DNA of 64,000 nt from Octopus vulgaris (lineage: Eukaryota): contig OX597815.1 of NCBI GenBank assembly GCA_951406725.2, forward strand, positions 26,660,001 through 26,724,000, read 5' to 3'. Every line of letters begins with the position of its first letter. Positions within the stretch are counted from its first letter, which is position 1. The position numbers were made by a program, and so were the translations under genes. The notes under the pieces were generated by a model. That model made no database searches, was not told the origin of the DNA, and saw nothing but the letters and a program-made list of their open reading frames with translations. Below, one piece after another: positions 63,863 to 64,000 of the stretch.

Positions 63863-64000
63863 ATCATCATCATCGTTTAACGTCCGTTCTCCATGCCAGC
63901 ATGGGTTGGACGGTTTGACCGGGGATCTGGGAAGCCAGAAGGCTGCACCAGACTCCAGTCTTATCTGGCAATGTTTCTACAGCTGGATGCCCTTCCTAAC
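63863..64000 (-). mobile_element. RTE-related SINE 3' end (runs off the window)
   Basis: Reverse complement of 43060-43197. Confidence 0.8.

Overview
AT-rich, repeat-dense animal DNA. It is most consistent with an octopus (coleoid cephalopod) genome; this is inferred from the [16 protein letters not shown]-type C2H2 arrays, the SINE complement and the microsatellite density, not from a database match. Bases 1-45,500 are mostly decayed transposons: three tRNA-headed SINE families, R4/Dong-like, RTE, CR1, L1/Tx1, Jockey-like, Penelope and Gypsy fragments, plus mariner, pogo, hAT and Merlin-type MITEs and Helitron/Helentron derivatives. This part holds one convincing host gene, a single-coding-exon ankyrin-repeat/SOCS-box protein with a predicted N-myristoylation motif (24918-25982). 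Bases 45,600-63,400 are a young, tandemly duplicated C2H2 zinc-finger cluster. Each of three near-identical units carries a CTCF-like motif, a shared upstream region, a ZNF array with a shuffled set of fingers (8, 14 and 8-9) and an antisense Helitron PIF1-helicase fragment that interrupts the array. In one copy the antisense sequence supplies a new C-terminus. Other notable points: one GG...CC MITE family carrying (TTAGGG)n is flanked by 8-bp, ~21-bp and ~145-bp direct duplications; there are two large foldback hairpins; SINE heads and tails are swapped between copies; and one TSD-bounded insert joins two different LINE pieces. Most short ORFs in the supplied track are microsatellite or repeat artefacts.
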